Positions 12,230-24,482 of a stretch of 64,000 nt of DNA are shown one piece after another. The notes below the pieces were generated by a model. The model ran no database searches. It was not told the origin of the DNA and saw only the letters and a list, made by a program, of their open reading frames with translations. Made by a program: the position numbers and the translations under genes. The stretch's first letter is position 1. Each line of letters begins with the position of its first letter. The stretch comes from Mobula hypostoma (Eukaryota): NCBI RefSeq assembly GCF_963921235.1, contig NC_086106.1:25358001-25422000 (forward strand), in the 5' to 3' direction.

Positions 12230-13865
12230 GTTTGTGAGGGGCGCCGGATCATTATGGGTTGTGATCAGAAACTGCAAGGGTTAAGGACCCCTGCTGGAAG
12301 CTATAAACAAGCCTCCCCACGGTAGCTAGAATGTGGAGGACAGATCACAAAAGGAAATAGAAACGGCTTTTCAAAAGGGTAAGGTTATGATAGTCATGGT
12401 AGATGTCAACATGCAGGTTGATAGGGAAAGTCAGGTCAGATATGCATCTCAAGAGAGTGCGTTTGTTGAATGCCTATGAAACGACGTTTTAGAGTATATT
12501 GTCCCTCCCCCTAAAAGGCGATCAGTTGTACAGGATTCGGTGTTCTGCAATGAACTGGCGATAATTAGTGACCTTAGGATAAAAGAACAATTTCAAGGCA
12601 GCGATCCCGATATGAATGAGTTCAACTTGAAATCTGCCAGTAAAAAAGCAAAGTTTGACGAAGCGGTATTTCGGCACAGTAAAGGAAATTTCAGTGGTGA
12701 GAGAGGAGTTGGTCAACGGTTTCATAGTGGAGGACTTGGATGGACGAGCTGCAAAGGAAGACAACAGAACAGTAAAGGCGTGAATTTCTGGGGAAAATGA
12801 GAAAGGAGGCAGATAGCTGTATCCAAAAATGAGGAAGTACGCAAATGGAAAGGTAGTGCAACCGTGGCTGACAAGGGGAGTCAAAGTTAATATCAAAGCA
12901 AAAGGGCGGGTATACAACAAAGCAAAAGTTAGTAACAAGGCAGAGGATTAGGATGTTTTCAAAACCCTAAAGTACAACTGAAAGGACCATTAGGCGGAAA
13001 AAGATGATATATGAGCACAAGATAGCAAACAATAACACAATGGATGGTAAAAGGTTATTTTCAGGAATGTAAAAAAAAACAGTGAGATCAGAGTGCATAT
13101 AGAAAGCAAGAAAATGGAGCCGAAGAAATAATGGTGGGGGACAAGTTGATGGCAGATGAACTATTTCAGTATTTCGCATCAGGTTTCACTGTGCAAGACC
13201 CGAGCATTGTGTCAGTCTTTGAAGGGTGCAAGGGAAGACATGCGAGTGCAATAACAGTTATAAGGGTGAAGGTCCTCAAAACGCTGAAGGACAGAAGGGT
13301 ACATAAGTCAACGGAAACAGATGAACTATAACCTGGTGGTAGCGGTAGAGATTGCGGAGGCATTCGGAATGATGTTTCATAATCATTGTCAATGATATAG
13401 GTGATGGATTAGATGGCTGTGTTGCCAAGTTTGGAGATGATACAAAGATTGATGGAAGGATAAGTTGTTCCTGGAGATGATTAGCAGAATGGGCAAGAGA
13501 GTGGTAGACTAAGTACAATGTACCAAAACGCATGTCATGCACATCGGTATAAGAAATAAATGTGCAGACTATTTTGTAAGCGGGGAGAAAATGCAAAAAT
13601 ATACGATGCAAAGAGTCCTGGAGGATCATAGTGCAGAAGACCCTGACGGTTCACTTGCAGGTAGAATCGGTGGTGAGGAAGGCAAATAAAATGGTAGCAT
13701 TCATTTCCAAAAGTCCAGAATACATGGGCACAGATATAATGCAAAGGATTTATTAGACACTTCAGGCCTCACCTTGAGCATTCCGAACAGTTTTAAGTTC
13801 CTATTCTAACAATGATGTACTGGCCTTGAAAATGGTTCAGAGGAAATTCACAAGGATGACACCAC
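12230..13865 (+). mobile_element. CR1 LINE ORF2 fragments (copies at about 24500-26110 and 44690-46350)
   Basis: Endonuclease- and RT-like remnants (EL.ISDLRIKEQFQGSD, VAKFGDDTK, LVVRKANKMVAFISRS). Confidence 0.88.
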
Positions 13866-13958
13866 CAGTCCCGCAAGCAAAGCAGCATTCCAAGTTAACT
13901 GAAAAATGTAGTCAGTAATTTCTCCCCTTTCCCCTGGATGTTTGCCTTCTTAAATAAA

Positions 13959-13967
13959 TCACGTGAC
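13959..13967. promoter_or_regulatory. E-box TCACGTGAC of the RSS-distal module
   Basis: Also at 1004, 3404, 26221 and 46447; CACGTG/CACCTG at 18594, 19211, 30954, 35203, 39611, 51308, 51916, 54757 and 58543. Confidence 0.6.
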
Positions 13968-14010
13968 AGTGGTGCATATGAGTTTGCGCCCCTGCTGTTT
14001 TCCGGCAAAG

Positions 14011-14025
14011 TGCTCCCTCTAGCGA
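14011..14025 (-). promoter_or_regulatory. CTCF-like motif TCGCTAGAGGGAGCA, 23 bp past the RSS nonamer
   Basis: Matches the CCASYAGRKGGC core; TCGCTAGAGGGAGCC also at 26273-26287 and 46499-46513. Confidence 0.7.
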
Positions 14026-14048
14026 GCGCTTACTGTATCACGCAGGTC

Positions 14049-14087
14049 GGATTTTGTCCAGAGCCGTTATCACCTTGCAACACTGTG
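14049..14087 (-). other. 23-RSS (CACAGTG-23-ACAAAATCC)
   Basis: Canonical heptamer, 23-nt spacer, near-canonical nonamer. Confidence 0.93.
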
Positions 14088-14521
14088 GGTATCATGGCAC
14101 AAAGATAAACGGCGGAGTCCGACACAAGAGCACCAGAGATGTTCAAATGGGCTGCCTTGCTGTCACGCTGCCAACCAGCGGTAAACCTCACTGGACATTC
14201 TAGATGCCTTTCCATCTTGCCAGTGCTATATACCTTCAGCAAATATCTTGGAGATTCCACGCGATGCTGAACGTACCACAAAATAATTAGAGGATTGCCA
14301 GTGTAATTACAGTTCAGTGTTACACGTTGTGCTTCAGCAATTGTTAATTCAAGAGGCCATTGCGTCAGCGAATCTTTCCCATTTGTTCCTGCAATAAAAG
14401 GAACATAATGCATGAACAGATCGGGCTTTCTTCATACATACGGAACAGATATAGGCGGTTACCGCAGAGACTCACCGGGCAGCATAGTCAATATAATCAG
14501 CAGATAACACAGCGAATTCAT
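14088..14521 (-). CDS. TCR V segment (family A), potentially functional; leader 14521-14476, V exon 14388-14088
   Basis: Leader MNSLCYLLIILTMLP, GT-AG 87-nt intron, open exon GTNGKDSLTQ...LNCNYT...WYVQH...DSAVYLCAMI. Confidence 0.94.
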
Positions 14522-14661
14522 GGTGTCTGGCTTCGATCTCGATCGAAAGAGAGCTTACTTTCAATAAGGTAATATCTTTGACAGATATTGAAGAGTAAAA
14601 TCAAATCTGCAGCACATTTCAGCTGGCGTAAGTCTGGGGGCGTTGCCCTTCCTATGAACTT

Positions 14662-14702
14662 ATTGGCTGTGAGCACCCATCTGCACCGGTCCGAGCACCA
14701 AT
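14662..14702 (-). promoter_or_regulatory. Putative V promoter: pair of oppositely oriented CCAAT boxes
   Basis: ATTGG...CCAAT about 140-180 bp upstream of the ATG; also at 35902-35938, 47113-47153 and 59223-59262. Confidence 0.55.
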
Positions 14703-15999
14703 CACAGTTCGGTTTGTTCAGGTTCTCTACATGCTTTTACAAATCCGACGCCTGGAGCTGTAAATAGCGTCGAGCTAACAACTGTGCCAGAGAGTGTTTA
14801 TGCTTCACTCTGTCTCTCTCTTGCGTTCTTCTTCCAGTCGGGCTCCCATCATATTTCTCTCTCCCCACGATGTTTATCGCTCTACTCTCTGTCCTATCGA
14901 TCACCATTTCTCGCTCTCTCACTTCTTCATTTCTCTTCCGTCTCCCAGAGTTATCCACTTTGTCATTCCATCATACCGAACCGCCCACTTTCTCCCCCCA
15001 TTTTACACACCATATCAATCGCCCATCGTTTTCCCTGGATATCACTTCCTCTGCCCACTGTTCAAACTGTATTTAACACTCACACGAATTTATCTTCAGA
15101 TTTGTCTCCTCCGGCAAACGGGCGAAACGCCACTGAGGCAGAGAATAAGAAAAGCGTCTTCACTCGGCGGAACAGGGAATGTGTTTTCTGTGCTAGTCTC
15201 TAGTCTCACTGCGCTTCAGTCGTCAGGAAAGCTGTTGTCTCTTGAGTGTTCTGAACGGACGAGAGTTGGATGAAAAAATTGCAGATGCTGAAAATCCAAC
15301 GCAACTCACAAAACTCTGGAGGAAGTCAGCAGGTTTGGCAAAATTTGGGGAAAATGTAAATAGTTGACGTTTCGGGGCTAGATCTCTCTTCAGGTCTGAG
15401 AAGTAAGGAGGTAGATACATAAATTAATATGTGAGGGGGCATGAACGAGGCTGACTGAATGGCGATGGTTGAAATCAGGTAGCTGGGAAAAGCCAAGGGC
15501 TGTAGAAGAAAGAAACTGATGATCTTATTAAGGCATGGTCTTATTCAATTACGGAGCAGGTTCGACGGGTCAAATAGCAAACTCTTAGACTTATGTCTTA
15601 TGGTCTTATGTTCTGCCCTTCCACGGTCATTAATTTCTTCACATTCTGAGTTACCGAATTTACCCCACTCGTATCTGGAACAAATCTCGGAGAGTGTTAG
15701 TGGCGCCGAATCGTAATGACGGAGTAGAACACGCACAAACTGATGAAGAAGCAATTATCCAGTCAATGCAGCCATTTTAATCAGCAAAAAAACACGAGTG
15801 TGATACGGTGTCATTGACATCAACAATAGTATTTTATCAAATTGTGAGCTAGGTGAAGGTAATTACGTCACGTCAGGAGCATCAGAGGATCGGCTGAGAC
15901 ACGTGCCCTTCATCTCGAACCGGATTGGTATATTGCCTATGATATCCCTTCGCCTCGACATGCGTGTTGGGTCTAGGTCAGCCTCTCTTAGGGCTTAGA

Positions 16000-18298
16000 T
16001 GGCTGTTGTGTTCTCTTAATGGGAGATGTTGGATATCTGGGAGATCCAGAGTCTCCCAGAGAGTTAAATCTGCAGGATTGCATCTGGCAGAAGCTCCTTG
16101 AAGACCATGGTAGGCATCTGGAGTGACCAGCTCAATGACCTTCAGCATGTACGGCAGTGCGAGAAGGTAATAGATCGGAGTGATAAGGAAGTGGCCACCT
16201 CGAAGCTGCAGGAGGCAAGAGGCTATTTGACTATCAGGAGAAATGGAAATGTGAATAGACAGTTAGCACAGTGCACACCTGTGGTCATTCCTGTCAACAG
16301 TAAGAATATTTTTCTGCGTGCCGATGTGGGGGATGAACTCCCAGGGGAATGCTAGAGAGTCAGGGCTAATGCAACGCAGCATAGCTCCGTGCTGCAGATA
16401 GGAAAGAGGGTGAAGAAGGGAGCGGTAGCGATAGGGGACTCAGCAATCATGGGAACAGAGAGCAGATTCTGCGGACGTGAGCACAACACCCTGATGGTAT
16501 TCTGCCTCCGACATGTCAGTTTCGAATCGCGTCAACGACATTTTAGAGAGAGAGGAGCAGCATCCAGATGTAATGGTACACATTCGCACCAATGACACAT
16601 GAAGGAAAAGCAAAGAAATCCTGAAAAGGGTATTTGCAAAGCAAGGAAGAAGGCACTAGCAGATGCTGACGGGTACTTGGGATGTGCAGTTACTATTATA
16701 GGGCTCAAAGAGCCGAAAGAGCTAAGTCACCCGTACCAGATGAACCGCAACTGCAGGTTCCGAAAGAAGTAGTGGTAAAGATTATGGTGATATTATTAAT
16801 GATCCTTCAAAAGTATTGTACTGTGACATGGTGCCAGTGGAATGCAAAATTGGAAAAGTCGCTCTACTCTTTAGGAAAAGAAGAAACTAAGGATCTGTTA
16901 GCCTGATCTCAGTGGTTGGGAATATGTTGGATTCAATTGTTAAGGATTAAGTTATGGAGTACTTCGTGACACAGGTCCAGATCGGGGAAAATCGGTATGG
17001 TTTCCTTCAGGAAAATATTATCTGACGATCATGTTGTAATTATTTGAGGAGACTACACGTAGGTCAGGTAAAGTGTGTGCAATGGATGTTGTATGTGAGG
17101 AGTTCCATAAGGCCTTAGGCGAGGTGAGAAGCATGAGGATGCTTACCAAGTTAAGAGTCTATGGTATTACAGGAATGTTACCGGTATGGTTAGAGCAGTA
17201 GCTGTTTGGCAGCAGGTAGCGTTTAGCAGTAAAGTAATCACTCTCCGGTTGGCTGCTGGTGACAAGCGGTGCTCCGCAGGGGTCAGTGCTAGGACCAATG
17301 TTGTTGTTTATTTTTTTGTTTATGTTGTACAGCAATGATTTAAATGATAGAATCCTTCGCTTTGTTGCCAGGTTTGCAGATGATACGAAAACTGATGAAG
17401 GGTCAGGGTGTATTGATAAAACAGATAATCTGCAGAAAGCCTGAGACAGATGACCAGAATGGAAAAGAGAATGGTAAATGAAATATAATGTTGGAAAATA
17501 CATGGTCATGTACGTTGTTGGAAGAAATAATCGTGCTATCTATCTTCTGAACGTGCACAAAACCAAAACTAAGACGTGAGAAGATCCAACGGCGCTTGGT
17601 AGTCCTTTAGTAGAACATCCTAAAGGTTAATTTGTTCGTAGAGTTGGCGGTGAGGAAGACAAATACAATGTTAGAACTCGGTTCAGGGGGTCAAGAATGC
17701 AAGAGTAGGGATGTGATGCTGCCGCTTAAAACACTGGTGAGGCCACACTTTGGATATTGTGAACAGTTTTGAGTTCCTCATCAAAGAATACGTCTGCACG
17801 CACTGGAGAGAGTTCAGAGGCGGTTCCCAAGGATGATTATATTAATGCTTTTCATACGAGAAAAGATTGATATTTATGAGTCTGTGTTCGCTGCAATTTA
17901 GAAGGATGAGCGGGATTTCACTGAATCCTTTCGAATGTTGAAAGGACTAGATAGAGTAGATGTGTAAAGGATGTTTCATATCGTAAGGTAATTTAGGACA
18001 AGAGAGCAAAGCCTCAACAAGACGGCGTCAACTTAATACAGAGATACGGAGAGATTCCATCAGCGCGACTGTGGTGAATGTGTTGCATGTATTAGCCCGG
18101 GCAACTGTGGAGGACAGGAGGTTGGGTATACTTAAGGCAGAGTGCGATATGTTTTTGACTGGCCACGGTATCAAAGGTTCCAAAGGGAAAGTCGGGAGTG
18201 GGGCTGAGGAAGGGTCAATCGATCAGCCATGATTTAATAGCGGAGCAGATTCGATGGGCCAAATGGCGTAGTTCTTCTGCTAAGTTTTATGGTGTTAC
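16000..18298 (+). mobile_element. CR1 LINE ORF1+ORF2 remnants (copies at about 28305-30020 and 48490-50730)
   Basis: AIGDSAIMGTESRFCG, VTSGAPQGSVLGP, FADDTK, CR1 3' tail. Confidence 0.9.
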
Positions 18299-18645
18299 GG
18301 AATTACCCTCTCTTTCAAAATGCGTAAGTTTTAGCGGACTTTCAATTTATCAGAGTGCGGTGAGCCGCGGGCGGGCTCCCACCGTTCCATGAGCCCATTG
18401 TATGCAGGATCTGCTCTGTCCAGATCGACAATCGCACTGTATTACGGAGGACTGATCATGCAGGTATACAGAGCAGAACCCGGCACAAAACCACTGGAGA
18501 TATTTGAATCCAAGCAGCGGCCATTTCATGTCAAAACATCCTGAAATCTTCACCGATGTAATTTGCTAGTTAGGTTCGCTCTCAGAAGTCAACCACGTGA
18601 TTCTTACAAATATTTGGGTGCGCCACTTCGACTTTTCTCTCACGA

Positions 18646-18660
18646 CCTGCCCTCTAGCGA
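18646..18660 (-). promoter_or_regulatory. CTCF-like motif TCGCTAGAGGGCAGG without an intact V
   Basis: Homologs at 8945-8959, 31005-31019 and 51360-51374; E-box CACGTG 46 bp further. Confidence 0.65.
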
Positions 18661-19340
18661 CGGTTCACTGCATCACACCTCGCACAGACAGTATGTACTT
18701 TCAACATAAATTCACTTTGAACAATGACCATTTCTCACAGTCCGCGAATACAACAACAAAAGTGCAATTTGCATACTCTATCACTCTAAACATCCGCAGG
18801 ATCTGTCGCATTATCTGAATACTTAGTACAAATCATAATTAGCCACTACAACATCCTTAATTTCAGCAGCATGGCACTTGCTGTCTTTGTCAAACTAAAA
18901 ACAACGAATTTGCCCACGTTCTGTCTTCCCTTAGTGAACCACTACCCTACTTAAATACAAATGGTATATCGCAGGTCCACTCCGTCCTTATTAACTTCTC
19001 TATGCCGAAGCTCGAACAATGTGACCAAAGACGACGTTATACTACGTTGCCAATCGTGATATGCCGTTGCAGCAAAGAGGGTGGGTAAATGCTCATTGCT
19101 GTATCCAGGAAGTACATTATAAAGATCCAGTTTGGGTTTGCGTTGTAGTCATGAACCGTTCCATTACCTTCGCCGCCTTGTGTTGGTGATTGTAGCGTTC
19201 TTAAGTAGGGCACCTGACCACGGCTGATTTCAGTGCGCGCCCTACTTTTTTTCCCGGCAAAAGACGCCCTCCAGTGAGACCTTTTTGCATTATACAGAAA
19301 CAGTTTTTGTCCGGACCCGCCGCCTTCAGGCAACAGCGTG

Positions 19341-19772
19341 ATACTTATTGCACAGAGATAAATGCCAGAGTCCGTCACAAGAGCTTTAGCGATATTCAGT
19401 TGAGCCGTCTTGCTGTCTTTCTGCCAACTAGCGGTCAATGTCACTGCGCAATCAGGATGCCGCTCTATTCTTCCTGTGCTATACACCTTCAGCAAATACT
19501 TTGGCGATCCTGCACTATGTTGAATGTACCAAAAGATATCTTCATCAGCATAAGTTATAATTACAAATCATTGTTATGGTCTTCCCTTCCTTAACCGTTA
19601 CGTCGGGAGGGTTCTGCTTCACTGAATCTATCCCAGACGATCCTGCAAGAAAGGACCGAATGCATTAACATCGCTAGCTTGTATTGAACACCGGAAAATT
19701 CGCGAGCCTCCTTAGCAGAGACTCACCAGGCAGCACAGCCAATGAAATCAGTATCGAACAGAGGGAAATCAT
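19341..19772 (-). pseudogene. V pseudogene (family B), +1 frameshift in CDR1; RSS CACGCTG-23-ACAAAAACT at 19340-19302
   Basis: Leader MISLCSILISLAVLP and splice sites intact; TATAACTTATGCT versus TATACCTACGCT in its paralog gives premature stops. Confidence 0.9.
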
Positions 19773-20039
19773 CGCGTATAATTTGTCTCTGAATCGAGCA
19801 GCCGATTCCTTTCAGGATGGAATTCTAACAGACATTATGGCGTGAGATGGTTTCAGCGGTACCTTTCACCTTGTGTAAGATCGGGGGCATTTCCCTGTTT
19901 AAAGGATTCTCTGACAGAACAAACCGATACTTTCTGAGCACCAATCAGAATCTGCTTTGTTTCCGTAGCGTCATTCTGCGTATTTATTTGCTCTATCCTG
20001 GTACCGCTTTCCCCTTCCTCCCCCCCCCCCCTCCCGCAG

Positions 20040-20105
<66 letters not shown>

Positions 20106-20299
20106 TCTCTCTGTCTCTTCTATCTATCTCCTCTCTCTTTTGCATGGAATCCCTGTGGATGCTCCTGACTGGCAAACATTATCTTCGCATAGATGTGTTC
20201 CTCCTCGTACGAAACTGTTACAAGGATTTCTGGGTGTGTTGTAGCTCGTGTCCCCCTGCCGCTTCACCCTCTTGCAGCCTCTGAGCAGGGAGGTTGCTT

Positions 20300-21275
20300 T
20301 TTGGTAAAATAAATATGGAAAAAGAACACCTACTAACTAAAACAAACAAACAAAAAAAAACTAACAGAAAAAAAAAACATTTGGAGCACAAACCCTGAGC
20401 AATATGTCATACAAGCTTCCAGAAAGGAAAAACATCAATCTGCCAACAAAATCCATTTACCCTAGAATCATAAGGGGACCATCTTAATTTTCTCAAATCA
20501 AATGATAGTTGCGGGCAAAAGAGCCCCACCTTTTCTCAACGTTATGTAGCCCGCCTGGCCACCCTCAGGATCGCTCTCCCGCCTTCTGACCCAACACCCC
20601 GCGCATACAGTATCTTCAGATACACAAAAACATAACAATTATCCCAATTGGTTAATAATATATTTCTTATCACCCTCTAAACCACAACAAGCTGCTAGCG
20701 CAAAATTTCTCAGCGTTTAACACAACAAAGCCGCATTCCCCAGATTAACACAAGAAAGACGCCATTTTAATTTGCCTCCGCAGTAACATAAAAATCGAAA
20801 CCCCCTTACAGTTAAATCGAGGATCAAAAGTTCGATTCTGATTTTCTCCCCACTAAGACATAACATCACCTGGGAAAACCATTGTATCAAAGTGGGAGCA
20901 GAAGCATCTTTCCATTTTAATAAAATAGCCCTTCTTGCCAATAGTGTGACAAATGCATTTACGTATTGGTGTGATATAGAAACACCGTGATTATATTGAC
21001 GGATTATACCGAACAAAACTGTCAATTTATTAAGTTGTAATTTAATTTTTAAAGCTTTAGAAATTAAAAAAAAAATAGTTTTCGAGAACTGTTTGAATGC
21101 AGAACAGAACAAAAACATATGTGTCAATATAGCTGTCTCAATTTTACATCTACCACACTGACTATTAACATTAGGAAATATTTTAGACAGTCGCACCTTT
21201 GTCCAATAACGATGTACAATTTTAAATTGAATTAAAGAGTGACTGGCAAAAATCGAAGAAGAGTTAACCAACTTC
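20300..21275 (-). mobile_element. L1/Tx1-type LINE 3' fragment (related 3' UTR piece at about 10075-10426)
   Basis: QFKIVHRY...CGRCK....LTHMFLFC zinc-finger-like C-terminus in ORF 20717-21403; shared sequence catttggagcacaaacc. Confidence 0.8.
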
Positions 21276-21950
21276 AAAATTCGCAACCAATCCTCTGTTA
21301 TCAATGTCTTGTTAGCTATTTCTTTCGCTTTCTCTTGCTCTTTATTTACACATCCTCCCTTTCCATTTCTCATGTTCTCTCCATACCCTACGTTCAATTT
21401 CACTTGCTTGCAATCTCTTTCCGCCCTGCCTCACCTTTCCTCTCTCTCTCATTCAACTGATTTCTCACTCGACCACTACACTTTTCACTCATTCACTTCT
21501 TTATTGCTCTCTGCACCGCCATCGATCATTTACATTCCTTGAATTTCTATCCCTTTTTTTCTCTAGGTCTCTCTCTCCCTCACTCCGCCATTTCCCCTCA
21601 ACTTCTACCACGTTATCCCCCTTTCTTAAAACCCAATCGAAACATAATATACATTATCCGTCTTCCTCTCCTCGGCGGTCAATAAGAAAGGATACGCCCC
21701 TGAAGACGGAAAGATATAGGAAAGTCTTTGCTTGGTGGTTGTGAACGGCGGTTGGTGAAGGTGTTGAATCAATTCTCGCTTTGACACTGAAGCCTTAAGT
21801 AGGCCTGTCCAGAGAGGGTACGTGTTTGCCAGTGTCCTCTGGATGGGCCTTTTTGAATGTTGCCGGTGAGGCCTAGGGCGTCCCCTAGAGCGAGACACCA
21901 GGGTGATTTTTTTGTTTGGTCCAATCCCGCCGTCACCTTGTAACACGATG

Positions 21951-22357
21951 GGCAGAAAGGCACAAGGATAAATGGTGGAATCTGCCAGAGTATCAGAAAT
22001 ATTTAAATGATACTGTTGGCCTTTTTTTGTTCATCGAACCCGAAACCCTTAACGGAACGCCTTGAGACTGAACTGCATTTCCATTCCAGAATAGAATAAA
22101 CAATATTTTCAGAGATTTTCCAGAATTTTATCAGTTTCCGTGTAGCTGCATCTCAGCGACGTTGTCTCTCATTCATCGACCATTAATTCCCGCCGAACCT
22201 GAGTCACCGAGTTTCCCCACTTGTATCTGTTAAACCTGGCAGAGTGGGTCAGCGGAGCCGAATCGCACTGACCACGTAGGAGAAGCGCTAATCCATTAGG
22301 CCGGGACACACCAGGGAGAGCAGCCGTTAGGATCATCGACCAACACTGGGGAAACCT
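21951..22357 (-). pseudogene. V pseudogene; RSS CATCGTG-23-ACCAAACAA
   Basis: 46-nt leader with ATG>AGG, 85-nt intron, NSVTQ...LRCSYTET..., WYxQ region deleted, HLNISDTLADSTIYPCAFL end. Confidence 0.85.
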
Positions 22358-22793
22358 GTTGTCTGCATTAAATCAATAATAGGATTTTATGAAATTGTTA
22401 CTCGAGAGAAGGTGATAGATTCAGTTCAGGGGCAGGGGAGACTCAGGTGGCCTAGAAACCGTGTCTCTCGCACCTCATTTGTCACTTACTCAAGGTGCAG
22501 GTTTATGGAATCAATCAGTACAATTATGTGTTCACAGAATCTCTCAGTTTCCCACTCATGATCCCCATCAACGATCTCCTTCTTGTAGTCTGAGTCCTTC
22601 CCACACTGGCCCTCCTTGCTTTGTTTCTCTCCCGTAATTAACTTCTCAACTGTTTGTCACTCTTTTCTCCTATCTCTTTCCCCTTCTCTTTTCCTTTCAC
22701 ATTTTTGTTCTCCCTCCTTTTTACCCAATTTGCCTTTGATTTCTCTATTCTGCTCCCTCTCTCTCACACGCACACACTCGTGCACACAGACAT

Positions 22794-22829
<36 letters not shown>

Positions 22830-24213
22830 GCTATCGCTAGTTTGTTCTGTGCCACATGCAAGTACACAGTTTGTATAATGATAGTTATACGACGTTGAAA
22901 TTCTGAAAGAGTTTGTTCACTTGTTTTACTGTTCTGTGAGGTGCCTGGAGACAATGCAGCGATTTATATCACGTAGAGCAATGGTGGGATATGTGCAGAC
23001 AACTGAACGTTGAATGCTGATGTTATAGAATACAGATGATACCTGGAATGATGACATGGCCTGTATTTCTCCTCTTGCTAATGATTGTTACACTATAAAT
23101 CATCCTGGTTACATTGGTTGACTGTTCAGAAATTTGATCTCCATAGCTCACATTCGCAGTAAACAGAGCAGAAAGCATTCTGACGATAGTCAAGGGCAAA
23201 GGCGAGAACTTCGTTCTTGTGTGGTTCCGTATTTAAAAGGAAACTTGACTCCCTCGCCACGAGGCACATTCACGGAAGCTTTATTCGCAGTGCAGTGGCT
23301 CTCCTCGAGCAGATGCTTAAGGAGGTTCGGGGTTTATAAGGCTGAAGATGCTGTCTGCCAAAATAACCATATGCATTGAACAGTTCGCATCTGTGTTGCA
23401 GAGAGAAGGATAAGCAGTATTGGACATATATAATTTTGAGGTGCCTTACCAAGTGGACCAAGGACACTTCTCCTGGCAAAAGCAGCCGGAGTGTTGAGAC
23501 TTCGACAGGATTGAGGGACATTGCCTTTAGAATTTGGGACGAATAGGATGGAATCAGAATAGGAAAGGTAGGCAACCTGCGACCAGATAGGGGACGGCTA
23601 TCGGGAAGCTGGGGGGGGATGGGTGTCGAAATCGGTTATCAAGTGGAGATCGGAGTAGGAGTGGAAAGAAAATAACTCTAAGGGGGTTGGAGCAGTTTGG
23701 ACAGGAAGGATTTTCTGAGGGGACTTACGTTGATCTGAAAGAGAGGCAGGGAACGGCAATGCCGGAACATTTGAACATTGAGAAATAAAACTTAATAACG
23801 TAGTTTTGCAGGTACGCTATGGGAAAATACAGTGCAGTTCCTTCAGTTTGCATTTTGCCTCATGCTGCTGTTGGTGGAAGCCGGCAAGGTCCGACTCTCC
23901 CTTCGTATCAAACCGCTATCCTCGTCTGTGCATCTTTCGGTCTTTCTCCCCTTCGAGTTCAAAACTGTAAGCAAATAAAGAAAAGCAATAAGCAACGTCC
24001 TTTCTGAGCATAGGAGTCGGGTGTTCAGTCTTTTGTGCCCTAACGGTGTTGTCTTCATAGGGCTCTGTCCTGGGAAGGTGTGAAGGTGCCTGAGTCTCGT
24101 GGCTGGACTCACGTTTATGTGGAGGTTAGGCTGAGGTCACCGTCTGGTATCAGAGCTCACTGCAGTCAGGATGTATTTTTTGTCCAGATCCGCCTTCATC
24201 CCCAATCTCTGTG

Positions 24214-24482
24214 GGCTAATTTGTGCAAAGCTGAAATCCACAAAAGAACTCCGGAGCTAGTTTCCAACTGGAAATGCGATATCTTCACAGGGTTGTCTTT
24301 AGACCGAGCCATGTATGCGAGGATGAACATTGTAAATGATTTTCTAAAGTTTCCATGATCTCGACTGTTCTACAGATAGGCAAAGGCAGTTCCTGAGTAA
24401 TTTTAGTGCAGCGACATTTTCTGTCCGTCCTAAATCAATAATTCCTTCCGATCCTTGCTCAACTTATCCGCCCCATCCGTAC
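24214..24482 (-). pseudogene. Duplicate of the 11.9-kb decayed V; RSS CACAGAG-23-ACAAAAAAT at 24213-24175
   Basis: Near-identical to 11938-12213; better-preserved RSS. Confidence 0.75.

Noticed and set aside
15863-15880. Double CRE-like TTACGTCACGTCA (also near 28140 and 48325)
   Set aside because: About 1.3 kb from the V ATG and directly ahead of CR1 ORF1; more likely part of the LINE 5' UTR
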